From NCBI GenBank assembly GCA_965279035.1, contig OZ257142.1, positions 576,001 through 640,000 on the forward strand: a DNA stretch of 64,000 nt, given 5' to 3'. This document shows, in pieces, positions 37,032 to 48,500 of this stretch (positions within the stretch are counted from its first letter, which is position 1; each line of letters starts with the position of its first letter). The notes under the pieces were generated by a model. That model was not told the origin of the DNA, did not search any database, and saw nothing but the letters and a program-made list of their open reading frames with translations. A program made the translations under genes and the position numbers. This stretch comes from Bacteroidia bacterium (lineage in GTDB: Bacteria; Bacteroidota; Bacteroidia; M30B66).

Positions 37032-39233
37032 TTAGTTTCCGAATTGAGAAATAAACTTGAGCCGCATTAAACGAAGCTCGTTTTCTCCAATTTCATCATC
37101 TCCCATTTCCTGAACTGCTGTTGCCATTGAATCGGTTTCTGCCTTGCGGAAATAATCCATGATTTCGTCTTGAATGTCTTCGTCTATCACATCATCAATG
37201 TAATAACTAATGTCGAGGCGTGTTCCAGAATAAACAATCGCTTCCATTTCTTCTATGAGAGCAACCAAGGTGAGTCCTTTGGAAGCAGCAATGTCTTCGA
37301 GTGAAATTTTACGATCAACGCTCTGAATGATGAAAACCTTTTGAGTGGATTTATTGACCACACTTTTCACCACCATATTCAATGGACGATCTACTTCGTT
37401 TTCTTGAACATATTGAGCAATCGTTTCCACAAATTCTTTTCCGTATTTCTCCGCTTTTCCTGCTCCAACACCTGCAATTTGTTTTAGCTCATCGAGGGTA
37501 ATTGGATATTGAATGGTCATATCGACCAAAGATTGCTCTTGGAAAATCACGTAAGGAGGCATATTCATGCGCTTCGCAATTTTACGAGTCAGATCTTTTA
37601 ACATGGAGAAAAGAACTTCGTCTGCAGCGGCGGCACCTTGTCCGGCTGATGCTATTTCATCTTCATCATCTGTATCGCTATAGTCATGATCATCGGTGAT
37701 CATCACTGGATATGGATTTTCGATGAAATCTGTACCCGATTTACTCAAATGAAGCGTTCCGTAGTTTTCAATTTCCTTTTCAAGAAATCCCATGACAACC
37801 GCTTGTCGAATAACGCCATTCCAATACAAGGTAGAGTGCTCAGAACCTTTACCGAACAATTCTATTTGATCGTGTTTGTAGGAAGTAATTGCGGAATCAA
37901 TCGTTCCAGTAAGAATATGATTGATATGCTTGTCCTTGAATTTTCCTTTTAATAATGCAACCGTATCGAGCACAAGACAAATGTCTTCCATGGCATCGAA
38001 CTTTTTCTTCGGATGACGGCAGTTGTCACACATGTTGTTGCAACCACTTTCGTCGTATTCTTCGCCGAAATAATGGAGTAAATATTTACGACGGCACATG
38101 GAAGTTTCAGCATAACCAACTGTTTCGGCTAGTAATTGCTGACCAATTTCCTGTTCTGCAACGTGTTTATTTTTAAGGAATTTCTCGAGTTTTTGAATGT
38201 CGTCGAAGCTGTAGAATGAAAGGCAAACACCTTCTCCACCATCACGTCCAGCGCGACCAGTTTCTTGGTAATAGCCTTCAAGACTTTTCGGCATTTCGTG
38301 ATGAATCACAAAACGTACGTCTGGCTTGTCGATTCCCATACCGAAGGCAATGGTTGCAACAATCACATCCGCTTCTTCCATAAGGAATTTATCCTGATGC
38401 GAAGCACGTGTAGAAGCATCTAAACCAGCATGATATGGAAGTGCTTTAATACCATTCACATTGAGAGTTTCAGCAATTTCTTCCACCTTTTTGCGGCTAA
38501 GGCAATAGATAATTCCTGATTTACCGGGATGTTGCTTGATGAATTTGATGATTTCTTTCGCGACATTTTTCTTCGGACGAACCTCATAATACAGGTTAGC
38601 ACGATTGAATGAACTTTTAAACAGGGTTGTTTCAACCATGTTCAAGTTCTTCATAATGTCCTGTTGCACTTTGGGTGTAGCAGTAGCAGTAAGAGCCATG
38701 ATTGGAACAGTTCCAATTGCTTCTATGATAGAACGAAGCCGGCGATACTCAGGACGGAAATCATGTCCCCACTCTGAAATACAATGCGCTTCGTCGATTG
38801 CGAAAAAGCTGATATTGATTTCTCGGAAGAACTGTACGTTTTCGTCTTTGGTCAAGGACTCAGGTGCTACATATAATAGTTTTGTAACTCCATTGGTGAT
38901 GTCTTCCCGAACGCGTGTGATTTCCGCTTTGTTAAGTGATGAGTTTAGGAAATGTGCAATTCCTGTTGCTCCACCAAAATTCCGTATCGAATCAACCTGA
39001 TTCTTCATCAAGGCAATCAAAGGAGAAACAATGATTGCAGTTCCTTCAGATATTAAAGCAGGCAATTGATAGCACATCGACTTACCACCGCCTGTAGGCA
39101 TGATAACAAATGTGTCGTTGCCATCGAGAATGTTTCGAATGATGGCCTCCTGCTCACCTTTGAACTTAGTAAATCCAAAATACTTCTTTAAATGACCTGT
39201 GAGGTCTATCGTCGTTTCGACAGCTTCCAACAT
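37032..39233 (-). CDS. recQ: ATP-dependent DNA helicase RecQ
   Basis: PTGGGKS, DEAHCISEWGHDFRP, QETGRAGRDG, CRR..CDNC, HRDC domain. Confidence 0.97.
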   Translation of the reverse strand: MLEAVETTIDLTGHLKKYFGFTKFKGEQEAIIRNILDGNDTFVIMPTGGGKSMCYQLPALISEGTAIIVSPLIALMKNQVDSIRNFGGATGIAHFLNSSLNKAEITRVREDITNGVTKLLYVAPESLTKDENVQFFREINISFFAIDEAHCISEWGHDFRPEYRRLRSIIEAIGTVPIMALTATATPKVQQDIMKNLNMVETTLFKSSFNRANLYYEVRPKKNVAKEIIKFIKQHPGKSGIIYCLSRKKVEEIAETLNVNGIKALPYHAGLDASTRASHQDKFLMEEADVIVATIAFGMGIDKPDVRFVIHHEMPKSLEGYYQETGRAGRDGGEGVCLSFYSFDDIQKLEKFLKNKHVAEQEIGQQLLAETVGYAETSMCRRKYLLHYFGEEYDESGCNNMCDNCRHPKKKFDAMEDICLVLDTVALLKGKFKDKHINHILTGTIDSAITSYKHDQIELFGKGSEHSTLYWNGVIRQAVVMGFLEKEIENYGTLHLSKSGTDFIENPYPVMITDDHDYSDTDDEDEIASAGQGAAAADEVLFSMLKDLTRKIAKRMNMPPYVIFQEQSLVDMTIQYPITLDELKQIAGVGAGKAEKYGKEFVETIAQYVQENEVDRPLNMVVKSVVNKSTQKVFIIQSVDRKISLEDIAASKGLTLVALIEEMEAIVYSGTRLDISYYIDDVIDEDIQDEIMDYFRKAETDSMATAVQEMGDDEIGENELRLMRLKFISQFGN

Positions 39234-39690
39234 GCTGTTTATCAATAATTATTAAACAAATCGCAATTTCCGAGCACTCTTAACAATGCTTCTTGTGTAT
39301 TGTTATCAATCCGGAAAATTATCGGGTGATTCATTTGCATAAACGCAAAATCATCCTTAAAGATACACTTAATAATCGTTTTGCAAAGAAAATCATTGCC
39401 CTGAGCTAATAATTTTTAATTGACTGATAAGCAGATACTTAAAATACTCCTTTCGGGTTTATCAAACCAAATGATAGAAAAGTTGAAAATCCAAACGTCG
39501 TTTTTTAACACGTTCTTAACAAGAAGCCATTTTGACTATGGGAAAAATCAAAACATAATATCGAAAACAAGGGGTAAGACTTTGGAATCTCAAAATAAAA
39601 TTTGGTAAAAAATGGGTGATTTTGACTGAAATAAACGCATTCTACTCTTGCATCAACGATTCAGATTGCGGATGTTTGACAAAAAAATAC

Positions 39691-40962
39691 ATGTCGCAGG
39701 ATTTTTCTTCCGAACGTGCTAATGCATTGGATAATCAAGATGAACTGAATCATTTTCGTACTCGATTTAGGATTCCTCAATTAAATAATAAAGATTCTAT
39801 CTATCTCTGTGGCAATTCGCTTGGTTTGCAACCAGATTCAATTGCCAATTCTATTAAACAAGAATTAGATGATTGGGCAAACTTAGGTGTTGAAGGTCAT
39901 GTTCATGGTCGTCGACCTTGGTTGAGTTACCATGAGCAGTTTGCAGCTCCATTAGCTCGTTTAACTGGCTCACACGAATCGGAAGTTGTTGCCATGAACG
40001 GACTTACCGTGAATCTTCACCTCTTGATGATTTCGTTTTATCGACCGACACAATCACGTTATCGTATTATATGTGAGGAAAAGGCGTTTCCATCAGACAG
40101 TTACGCTTTGAACTCCCAAGCCGCTTTGCATGGTCGAAAACCCGAAGAAGTGATTCATGAAATTGCACCACGACCAGGACAGGCTCATATTGAATTATCG
40201 GATATACTACAAGCCATTGCTGAAGAAGGTGATCGACTTGCAATGGTCATGATTGGTGGTGTGAACTATTATAGCGGACAGGTGTTCGATATGGAAGCGA
40301 TAACAAAGGCTGGACATGCTGTAGGAGCTATGGTTGGATTTGATTTAGCACATGCAATAGGAAACATCGAATTGAAATTACACGATTGGGAAGTTGACTT
40401 TGCCGCTTGGTGTAGTTATAAATACTTGAATTCGGGACCGGGCAGTGTGGCAGGAATTTATATTAACGAAAAACATGCATCCAATCCCAATACCTTTCGC
40501 TTAGCTGGATGGTGGGGACATGATAAGGAATCACGATTTAAAATGGAGCCGGGTTTTCAACCGATTCCAACAGCCGAAAGCTGGCAAATGAGCAATGCGC
40601 CTGTACTTTCGATGGCAGCACATAAAGCATCCTTGGATATTTTCGATGAAGCAGGAATATCAGCATTAATTGCTAAAAGCAAAAAACTCACAAGCTATCT
40701 CTATTCGCTTTTGCTCGAAGTGCAACAATTACCAGGTTTTGAGGGGATGTTTAGTATCATTACACCCGAAGAGCGTGGTTGTCAGCTTTCCTTATTATTT
40801 CATCGCGAAGGAAAAGCAGTTTTCGATCACCTATTTGCTCAGGGCATCATTGCCGATTGGCGAGAACCTAATGTCATTCGAATAGCTCCAGTGCCTTTGT
40901 ATAATAGCTTTTTGGATGCATTTCAGTTTGCTCAATCATTATCAACTTACACATCAAAATAA
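39691..40962 (+). CDS. kynU: Kynureninase
   Basis: YLCGNSLGLQP, DLAHA, WCSYKYLNSGPG, GWWGH, DWREP; ATG 39691 preferred. Confidence 0.96.
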   Translation: MSQDFSSERANALDNQDELNHFRTRFRIPQLNNKDSIYLCGNSLGLQPDSIANSIKQELDDWANLGVEGHVHGRRPWLSYHEQFAAPLARLTGSHESEVVAMNGLTVNLHLLMISFYRPTQSRYRIICEEKAFPSDSYALNSQAALHGRKPEEVIHEIAPRPGQAHIELSDILQAIAEEGDRLAMVMIGGVNYYSGQVFDMEAITKAGHAVGAMVGFDLAHAIGNIELKLHDWEVDFAAWCSYKYLNSGPGSVAGIYINEKHASNPNTFRLAGWWGHDKESRFKMEPGFQPIPTAESWQMSNAPVLSMAAHKASLDIFDEAGISALIAKSKKLTSYLYSLLLEVQQLPGFEGMFSIITPEERGCQLSLLFHREGKAVFDHLFAQGIIADWREPNVIRIAPVPLYNSFLDAFQFAQSLSTYTSK

Positions 40963-40968
40963 TCGAAT

Positions 40969-42306
40969 ATGTCGAAGCCGAATAAAATAACAATTGCAGG
41001 ATCTGGACTCGTTGGTGCCTTACATGCAATTTATATGAAACGTCAGGGATTTGATGTGGAACTGTTTGAGCGCCGCCCTGATTTAAGACACAACCGAATT
41101 AGTGCTGGAAAGTCAATCAATTTGGCACTTTCTGATCGCGGCTTTCGTGGTTTGGCTGGAGTTGGTATAGAAGAAGATATTCGTTCCATAAGTATCCCTA
41201 TGTACCGTCGGGTGATGCATGATGTGAACGGCAATCTTACGTTTCAACCCTATGGTAAAGATGGACAGGCAATCTATTCTGTATCGCGAGGCGGATTGAA
41301 TTGTATGTTGATGGACTTAGCTGAAGCATCAGGAGTGAAAATCCATTTCAATTATAACTTACTAAGTGTTGATTTGAATACATCTCGAACGACGTTTGTT
41401 GGAGAAGATGGAATGGTGAAAATAGATGCTGACTTTTTAGTGGGCGCAGATGGTGCCTATTCGGAAGCGCGTAATGAATTGGAAAAAACACCTTGGTTCA
41501 ATTATTCTCAATACTATATTGAATACGCTTACAAAGAATTAAGTATTCATCCGAATAATGATGGAACTCACAAATTAGAGAAAAACGCACTTCATATTTG
41601 GCCTCGTAAAGACTTCATGCTTATTGCTCTTCCCAATTTAGATGGAAGTTTTACACTTACTTTATTCTATCCTAAAACGGGAGAGCGTTCATTCGATTCT
41701 TTAGATACTCTTGATAAAGCAGAAGCATTCTTTCGAGAAAACTTCTCGGATGCCTTGGATCTGATGCCTCATTTCCGCGAAGAATATGCTTCCAATCCAG
41801 CAGCAGCAATGGTTATTGTTCGTTGTTTTCCATGGAGTTGGAAAGATAAAATGATGCTTATTGGTGATGCAGCACATGCGATTGTTCCATTTTTCGGACA
41901 AGGGATGAATTGTGGCTTTGAAGACTGTTTCGTGTTTAATGAATTGCTCAATGAGCACACCGGCGAATGGGGAGATTTATTACGTAAATACGAAATTGCC
42001 CGTAAGCCAAATGGAGATGCGATAGCCGAATTAGCACTCAACAATTTTATCGAAATGCGTGATCGGGTTTCGGATCCTATATTCTTGTTGCAAAAAAAGA
42101 TTGAAGCGCGTTTCAGCAATAAATATCCAGCTAAGTGGATGCCTTTGTATTCGATGGTAACATTCAGTCATATTCCCTATAGCGAAGCTTTGGCTTTGGG
42201 CAAAAAGCAAGAAGCCATCATGGAAAAAGTGATGAAGTTATCAGATATTGAATCGAAATGGGATTCGGAGGAAGTAGAGAAGTTGATGCTGGAGCAATTG
42301 AATTAA
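40969..42306 (+). CDS. kmo: Kynurenine 3-monooxygenase
   Basis: GSGLVG, SINLALSDRG, NALHIWPR, MLIALPN, GDAAHAIVPFFGQGMN. Confidence 0.95.
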   Translation: MSKPNKITIAGSGLVGALHAIYMKRQGFDVELFERRPDLRHNRISAGKSINLALSDRGFRGLAGVGIEEDIRSISIPMYRRVMHDVNGNLTFQPYGKDGQAIYSVSRGGLNCMLMDLAEASGVKIHFNYNLLSVDLNTSRTTFVGEDGMVKIDADFLVGADGAYSEARNELEKTPWFNYSQYYIEYAYKELSIHPNNDGTHKLEKNALHIWPRKDFMLIALPNLDGSFTLTLFYPKTGERSFDSLDTLDKAEAFFRENFSDALDLMPHFREEYASNPAAAMVIVRCFPWSWKDKMMLIGDAAHAIVPFFGQGMNCGFEDCFVFNELLNEHTGEWGDLLRKYEIARKPNGDAIAELALNNFIEMRDRVSDPIFLLQKKIEARFSNKYPAKWMPLYSMVTFSHIPYSEALALGKKQEAIMEKVMKLSDIESKWDSEEVEKLMLEQLN

Positions 42307-43535
42307 GCCGCTTCTTTTAAGGATTTAGCTTTTAACTCTTCGTAATCATCCGCATTCATAATACGCGAAGCCGCCCAAATGCTGATGATACAAGCTGCTA
42401 TTGCAATATATCCTACATAAGGATAATGTTGAAGTTTTCCAGCGCCATCTTCGGTCACAATTGCTCCAGCCATAAATGCAGCTATACCGGATGAAGTTTG
42501 TTGTACCGAAGAATTAAAACTCATAAAACTGCCACGATTCTTAGGTTGAGTTGTTGAGGTAATTAATGCCATAGCAGGTACAACGCGTCCGCTGATAACA
42601 ATAAAGAAAAAGCTAGTTACGATTAATGCCATCCAAACTGGGACAACAGGCATGTTAGTAATTAGAAACAATGGAATGGTTGCGAATGCCGCAAAGATTG
42701 CAAACACCTTGAACTTCCCAACTTTATCAGCCAGTTTGCCAATTAAAGGTGCTGCAAACACTGAACAGAGTCCACCAAAGAGGTAGATATAAGTGACTTC
42801 TATTTGAGTAAAACCTACATTTTTTTCCATGTAAGCAGCTATGAATGGGATGATGGAAAATTGCGATAACATCAATAAAGCCATCAACAGTAAAGCCTTT
42901 CGTTGATTGCTATTATTGAGCAAATTGGTAAAGACTGTTTTGAGTTGAGGTCGGTTCGATTTTACTTGAATATGACTATTGATATTAGGAATAAAGCGAA
43001 GTATTAAAAAGGCAATCAAAACACCAACAGCAGCGATGAATAAAAACGGTGCATGCCAACTGTAGATGCTCGCAAGGTAATTTCCGAACGGTACGCCAAA
43101 AACAGATGCAAGAGAAAATCCGGCAGTAACCATTCCCATGGCAGAAGCTCTTCGTTCGTTTGGAATGACATCACCCACAATGGATAAAATCAAAGTGCCA
43201 AGCAATCCTCCAAAAGCACCTGTGAAAATTCGTGCAGCAAGCATGAAAGCATAATTAGGAGCAAAAGCACAAGCCAATGTTCCTAACAAGAAACCGGTAT
43301 AACAAACGAGTAAGATTTTCTTCCGATCGAAATTATCTACGAAGAAGGCACCTGCAAAACCAACAATACCCGCAGTGATAGTATATGCCGAAACGATGAA
43401 CCCAAATTCCTGCGGTTCGATTTTGAACAAGCGCATGAGTTGATTCCCTAATGGCATGATGATCATAAAATCCATCACATGTGTAAACTGGATAAATGCC
43501 AGCGTTAATAGGATACTATACTCTTTACGACTCAT
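42303..43535 (-). CDS. MFS transporter
   Basis: About 12 TM helices; DNFDRKK and GKLADKVGK motif-A-like loops. Confidence 0.92.
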   Translation of the reverse strand: MSRKEYSILLTLAFIQFTHVMDFMIIMPLGNQLMRLFKIEPQEFGFIVSAYTITAGIVGFAGAFFVDNFDRKKILLVCYTGFLLGTLACAFAPNYAFMLAARIFTGAFGGLLGTLILSIVGDVIPNERRASAMGMVTAGFSLASVFGVPFGNYLASIYSWHAPFLFIAAVGVLIAFLILRFIPNINSHIQVKSNRPQLKTVFTNLLNNSNQRKALLLMALLMLSQFSIIPFIAAYMEKNVGFTQIEVTYIYLFGGLCSVFAAPLIGKLADKVGKFKVFAIFAAFATIPLFLITNMPVVPVWMALIVTSFFFIVISGRVVPAMALITSTTQPKNRGSFMSFNSSVQQTSSGIAAFMAGAIVTEDGAGKLQHYPYVGYIAIAACIISIWAASRIMNADDYEELKAKSLKEAA

Positions 43536-43663
43536 GAAATGGATGGAGAATCAAACGAAATTGCTCGTCCGAATGGATTGGGATTTTCGGATTGCAAAGA
43601 AAGTAGAAACTAGACAATCGGAATGTTAAAAAGTTCGATCGATAATAGATTAGGTAAAAACCC

Positions 43664-43691
43664 AAAAGCCGCCTCCTGTTAAAGAAGCGGC
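43664..43691 (-). terminator. Rho-independent terminator
   Basis: GCCGCTTC-8nt-GAGGCGGC-TTTT on the minus strand after 43715..45529. Confidence 0.65.
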
Positions 43692-43714
43692 CTCGAGCAC
43701 ACACAATAAAATCC

Positions 43715-45529
43715 TTAGTTCTTAATAAAACGAGCAGTGCTAGTTTTTTCTGATGTCATCATTCGTATCAGATAGATACCAGCTTTAAGATTGTTAAGGT
43801 TGAGTTGGTGTATTTGGTCAGGGTTAATTTTTAGGTTTTCAGTTTGAACTATTCGACCATTTAAGTCGAGGATTTCCAGTTGAGCTAGTTTCGCTAGTTG
43901 AGATTTAGACCAAACGATACTTAGGTTATCTTGAGCTGGTGATGGGAATACAGTAAAGTCAGCTGATTTGCCTGTTTTTTCTATTGATTCACAATTTACT
44001 ACCACAACGTTAATTGGTGAAGAATTGAGTGTATTTACTGCATCGGTAGCCGAAAGAGAATAGGTGCCCGATTCAGATACTGTTAATGTTGTATCATTAA
44101 GAACACCAATATCTACTCCGTCTTTTTTCCATTGATAGGTAAAGCAATCGCTCGGTTGGATAATAGTTAACAGCGTTTGATTTCCAACACAAATTGTATC
44201 CGGACCAGTATTTTGGATCTGCAGAATCTCCTCGATTAGTTTGATACGAGTAATACCTACAAAGCCAATTGATAAAGTCCCAATAATCAATTCATCATCG
44301 TTTTCAAAATAGGCGCATCTGAAAGTTGTGCCATCTAACTCTGTATAAGCCGCATACCCCGTTCCTTCAAAACTTGTGTCATAGTTTCCCTGCTCATCCA
44401 TGCGATAAATGACTCCTTTAGCTTGTCCAAAAGCAAACGAACCTGAGCCCATACACCAAAATCGATTTTGACTATCCCGAAACATAAAATGTCCGGCTTC
44501 TTCATTATTCGTTCCTGGATAATCGATCAAATCATTTATGCCATCTAAAGTATAGCTTGAATCGGGTGCACCTGTATCATCTAATTTGAAAATCTGTAAA
44601 TCGCCTGTTGCGTTGGTATGAGAATTAAATCCCCAAACTGTACCATTTTCTCCTGAAAAACTTCGGTTTAAATAACTATTTGTAGAAGGAATACTGGATA
44701 CTGCAACTCCATTTGTACCGTATGTTGTAACAAGTTCACCTAATGAATCTAGTTTAATAGAAACTATTCTAGCCGGACTAAAATCTGATGAATAGACGAA
44801 GCGCATAGATCCATCTGTATCGTAAATACCGGGTGAGCTATAACCATTAATTGGTAATGGGGTGGATGGATATGGATACACAACGGATGGATGAAATGTA
44901 GGATCAACACTACCATCTATTAAATAGCGTCGTGCAATATTTTTCGTATCACCACCATTAATATTTCCTGTTTCCATACCATAAGCAACCACTTTACCAT
45001 CCTCTTGAGCTAGGAGTTGAGTATAAAAAGAGGAAGAAACGGGATTTGTACTCACAGATTCAACCAAATGACCATTCCCATTGAATGTAGAATCAGGATT
45101 GCCATTGGAATTGAAACGAGCCACATAAGCTCTAATTGAACTATAGCCATTATCAGGAGCTTCACTTCCACATACATAAAATTTGTCGCCTTGTTTCAAA
45201 ATGCAATTCACAGTATTGCGCTGACTGAAAACCCATTTCTTCACCCCATTTAAACCGAATGTGCTGTCAATACTACCATCTGAATTAAACTGCATGAAAA
45301 AAATGTAAAATGCATTGTATGTTCCATCATAAAGATCTCCAACAATGAGGTGTTTATTTTCTGCTGTTTTGAAAATCTCTCTTGGTGAGTAATTAACAAC
45401 ATCATCAAATGTGGTAAGTCCACAGTTATTCCCGAAGGTCTTATCAACTAAGTAATGTTGTTGTGCTTGCGATTTAGTTAGTGAAACTAGGCAAGCCAGT
45501 ATGATGAAATAGAAGGTAGATTTATTCAT
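43715..45529 (-). CDS. Delta-60-repeat (DUF5122-like) beta-propeller protein with T9SS type A CTD
   Basis: Repeats FNSDGSIDSTFGLNG, RFNSNGNPDSTFNGNG, DGSVDPTF, GAPDSSY, GNYDTSF; VFPSPA...GIYLIRM...RFIKN. Confidence 0.88.
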   Translation of the reverse strand: MNKSTFYFIILACLVSLTKSQAQQHYLVDKTFGNNCGLTTFDDVVNYSPREIFKTAENKHLIVGDLYDGTYNAFYIFFMQFNSDGSIDSTFGLNGVKKWVFSQRNTVNCILKQGDKFYVCGSEAPDNGYSSIRAYVARFNSNGNPDSTFNGNGHLVESVSTNPVSSSFYTQLLAQEDGKVVAYGMETGNINGGDTKNIARRYLIDGSVDPTFHPSVVYPYPSTPLPINGYSSPGIYDTDGSMRFVYSSDFSPARIVSIKLDSLGELVTTYGTNGVAVSSIPSTNSYLNRSFSGENGTVWGFNSHTNATGDLQIFKLDDTGAPDSSYTLDGINDLIDYPGTNNEEAGHFMFRDSQNRFWCMGSGSFAFGQAKGVIYRMDEQGNYDTSFEGTGYAAYTELDGTTFRCAYFENDDELIIGTLSIGFVGITRIKLIEEILQIQNTGPDTICVGNQTLLTIIQPSDCFTYQWKKDGVDIGVLNDTTLTVSESGTYSLSATDAVNTLNSSPINVVVVNCESIEKTGKSADFTVFPSPAQDNLSIVWSKSQLAKLAQLEILDLNGRIVQTENLKINPDQIHQLNLNNLKAGIYLIRMMTSEKTSTARFIKN

Positions 45530-45550
45530 GGTGAAAGGTGTATTCAGAAT

Positions 45551-48500
45551 TTATTCTTTGATGAATCGAATGGTTTGTGCGTTTTCGGAATCAAGAACTC
45601 TCAGAAAATAAAGTCCAGGTTTTAGATTCGAAATGGAGATTTGAAAAAGTGAAGTGTTGTCAAGCTGCATACTATTAGCCGATTGAAGCTTACCAGTAAT
45701 ATCAGTCAGTTCGAAACGGATGTTTTTACTTGTCCAATCATCTCCAAATGCAACCGTTAACAAATCTGTTGCTGGATTTGGATAAACTACTGGAATACTC
45801 TTAAATGCAGAAGCGGTTTCTTGAATTGCTTTTTCGGAATGGATTTCTTCCGAAGAGAATAAAGGTCCATTGAAGGTTTTGCAAGACGGAGCTGAAGTTC
45901 CGCAAGCACTTACTGCACGAACACATACCGTAACCGATGTTGAGCCCGAGTTAAGATGAACTACAATGGATGTGCTGCCTTGTCCACTAACTATGGTTCC
46001 TCCCGTTACAGTCCAATTGTAAGACGAAGCACCAGAAACGGCTGTTATTGAAACTGGAGCAGTTAAAGCAATGATGTTTATAGTTCCAACAGTAATAGTT
46101 CCAGGACTAGCAGGAGTTCCTTGTAATAATAAACTCGATTCATTGTTGGTACATGCCGTTGGGGAAATTGCTTTTACTTTCAGAAATCCAGTTACAAAAT
46201 TGGATGGAATATTCAGCGTGATGGAGTTCCCTGTTACCGAACCAACTGGTGTTGCTCCTGGAGGAATTGTCCATTGAAAAGAGGTTGCTCCTGCTACAGT
46301 TGCAACAGAATAAGTTCGAGTAACTCCGCATGCATTTGTTGCCGTTCCTGAAATAGCACCTGTTGCAGGTAAAACGTTAAGAATAGTGACAGTTTGTGTT
46401 GAACTAACCGAAGAACATGTTCCCGATGCTGGAATGGTGTATGTAACGGTGAATGTACCTGCAGTACTAGACGATGGTGTGATAACTCCTGTTGTTGCAT
46501 TAATCGTTAATCCAGCTGGTGATCGTGTAAAAGTTCCTCCTGTTACACCTGTTATCGTAGGAGTTTGAGCGCTATTCGATTTGCAAAAACTGGCTTGTGC
46601 ATATGAAAATGCTGCCGAAGGGCTTGGTAAAATTGTGACAGTTGTTTGTGTTTCAAACTGAGCACATCCACCATTATTAAACACCATATATCGAACGATA
46701 TAAGTCCCAGGAGTGCTTGCAGAAGGTAAAATTGCTCCTGTGCTAGTGTTGATATTTAGTCCGTTTGGAGAAGCCGAATAGACTCCACCTGCTACGCCTG
46801 TTCTTGTAACATTTACGGCAGTAGTATTGGTTTTACAAAATGAGCCAGTATAGCTGATTGTAGCCAAATTGCTCCGACTTACGTTAATTGTTCCAAGTAC
46901 CGTTTTATTGCAGAAAAGCGAGAAGAATTCGCAGGTAATTTGTCCAGAAGTAAAGCTGGGAGCGAAGTTCAAGCTAACTTGTGCGGTATTGTCTTGTCCT
47001 GCAAAACTAACTCCTGCCGGAAGTGTCCAAATGATTACTGCTAACTGAGTTCCAGTAGCGAAGCCACCATCATTGATGCTATATTCGGCAGTAACTGCAC
47101 CACTAGCTTGTAAGCAAGTTGAACCAAAAATATTTTGTGCAGGATTTTGAAGAAGAGTTACTGTTATTGGGTTCGAAACCACTTGAAAGCAATTGCTGAC
47201 TTCGCACGTAACTACTTCATTATTTACAGGATTATTTATAGATAATATAGTGCCTTGTCCAGCATTTACTCCATTACGTTTCCATTGTAAAACTGAACCA
47301 GGCGCAACATTACTAGTACTTGCAGTGAAGGAGATAATGGATCCAACACATGTAGGATAGGTTGAGCTGGAAGTAATAGTAATTATACCCGGAGCAGGAG
47401 TATGAGCAGGGAAAGTACATTGAGCACTAATTGTACTTCTTGCCATTACATCGCGCCCACCATTGATATCGTTTTGTGTTAGGTTTTTCTTACTAGCACC
47501 AACACTAATGGATGAGGCCATCACTTCTGCTGATGTATTTTTTGTATGAGCTAATTGTTGCAAATGCCCAACTTCATGTAATGCAACCGTTTCGAAATCT
47601 ATTTGTCCAGCACCTGCATTTCCTGCTCCTAAATTCCAAGCAAAGTTAGCTGGAGCTGTACTAAAAATAATGTCTTGTTGAACCGTTATGCTTTTCTGAT
47701 TGGTTCCTGTTCCACAAGTAGCAATAAAATTTTCTCCTCTACCAGCCACTCCCGGAGGAAGCGGAGTTTGAACATCATCGGTAATTACATTAATACCATC
47801 AGAACCTGTTTCACGAACAGCCGTTGTTGAATTTGAAATACTCCAATTTACTTGAGTAGCACAATTCCACTTAGATATTACCCGAGTAAAAGTTGGTATT
47901 GCATCTACACCTAAGGTTTGAAACTGATTGTTGAATTGAAATGTATATCCTCCACTAGCGTTTTGACCAGTTAACGTCATAATTAACGAAGTGTCGTTCG
48001 GTGTACCGAAATTATTAAACAAAGCATAAGGAACGGTGATTGAACCTGGGCTTAAACTAGCTGTTCCTCCTGCTGGTGTTACTCGAACTTGTCCAGTGGC
48101 AGCTGCATTTGCAAAGTCATTCCCAGCAGCTAAACGCGATGGTACCATGACACGAATTTGTGCATCCGACCAAGAAACATAATCCTTAGCTAAAGGCTGT
48201 ACAAAATCATTACTAGCCGTTGTAAATTCTACAAATCCAGTTCCTCTTACGGCACCAAATCCACTTCCGTTGATGGTTAAAATGCTGCGTGTTCCAGCTG
48301 TTATGTTTGTTGGAGAAAGTGATGAAACAGTTGCTGCAGTCGATCCAATTACATGATCATGGGGAAGAACGAGTGATGGATGAATTTGTCGATAACCACT
48401 TCCTGTATGTTCGTTAACTACCAATTGAAGTTCTTCAAGATTTTTAAAACGGTGAAATGGATCTTGAACAGAAAAATCATTTTTGTTAATGCGATAAATG

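Noticed and set aside
39310-39327. Possible third degenerate copy of the TCCCGAT..ATCGGGA palindrome
   Set aside because: Only 14 of 18 bases match, which is plausible by chance in 64 kb, and there is no tRNA context
39420-39608. 62-aa ORF in the recQ-kynU spacer
   Set aside because: TTG start, low-complexity AT-rich translation, no motif; probably spurious
46000-47400. Repetitive-looking Thr/Ser/Gly-rich coding DNA
   Set aside because: Diverged Ig/PKD-like protein repeats, not a nucleotide repeat array
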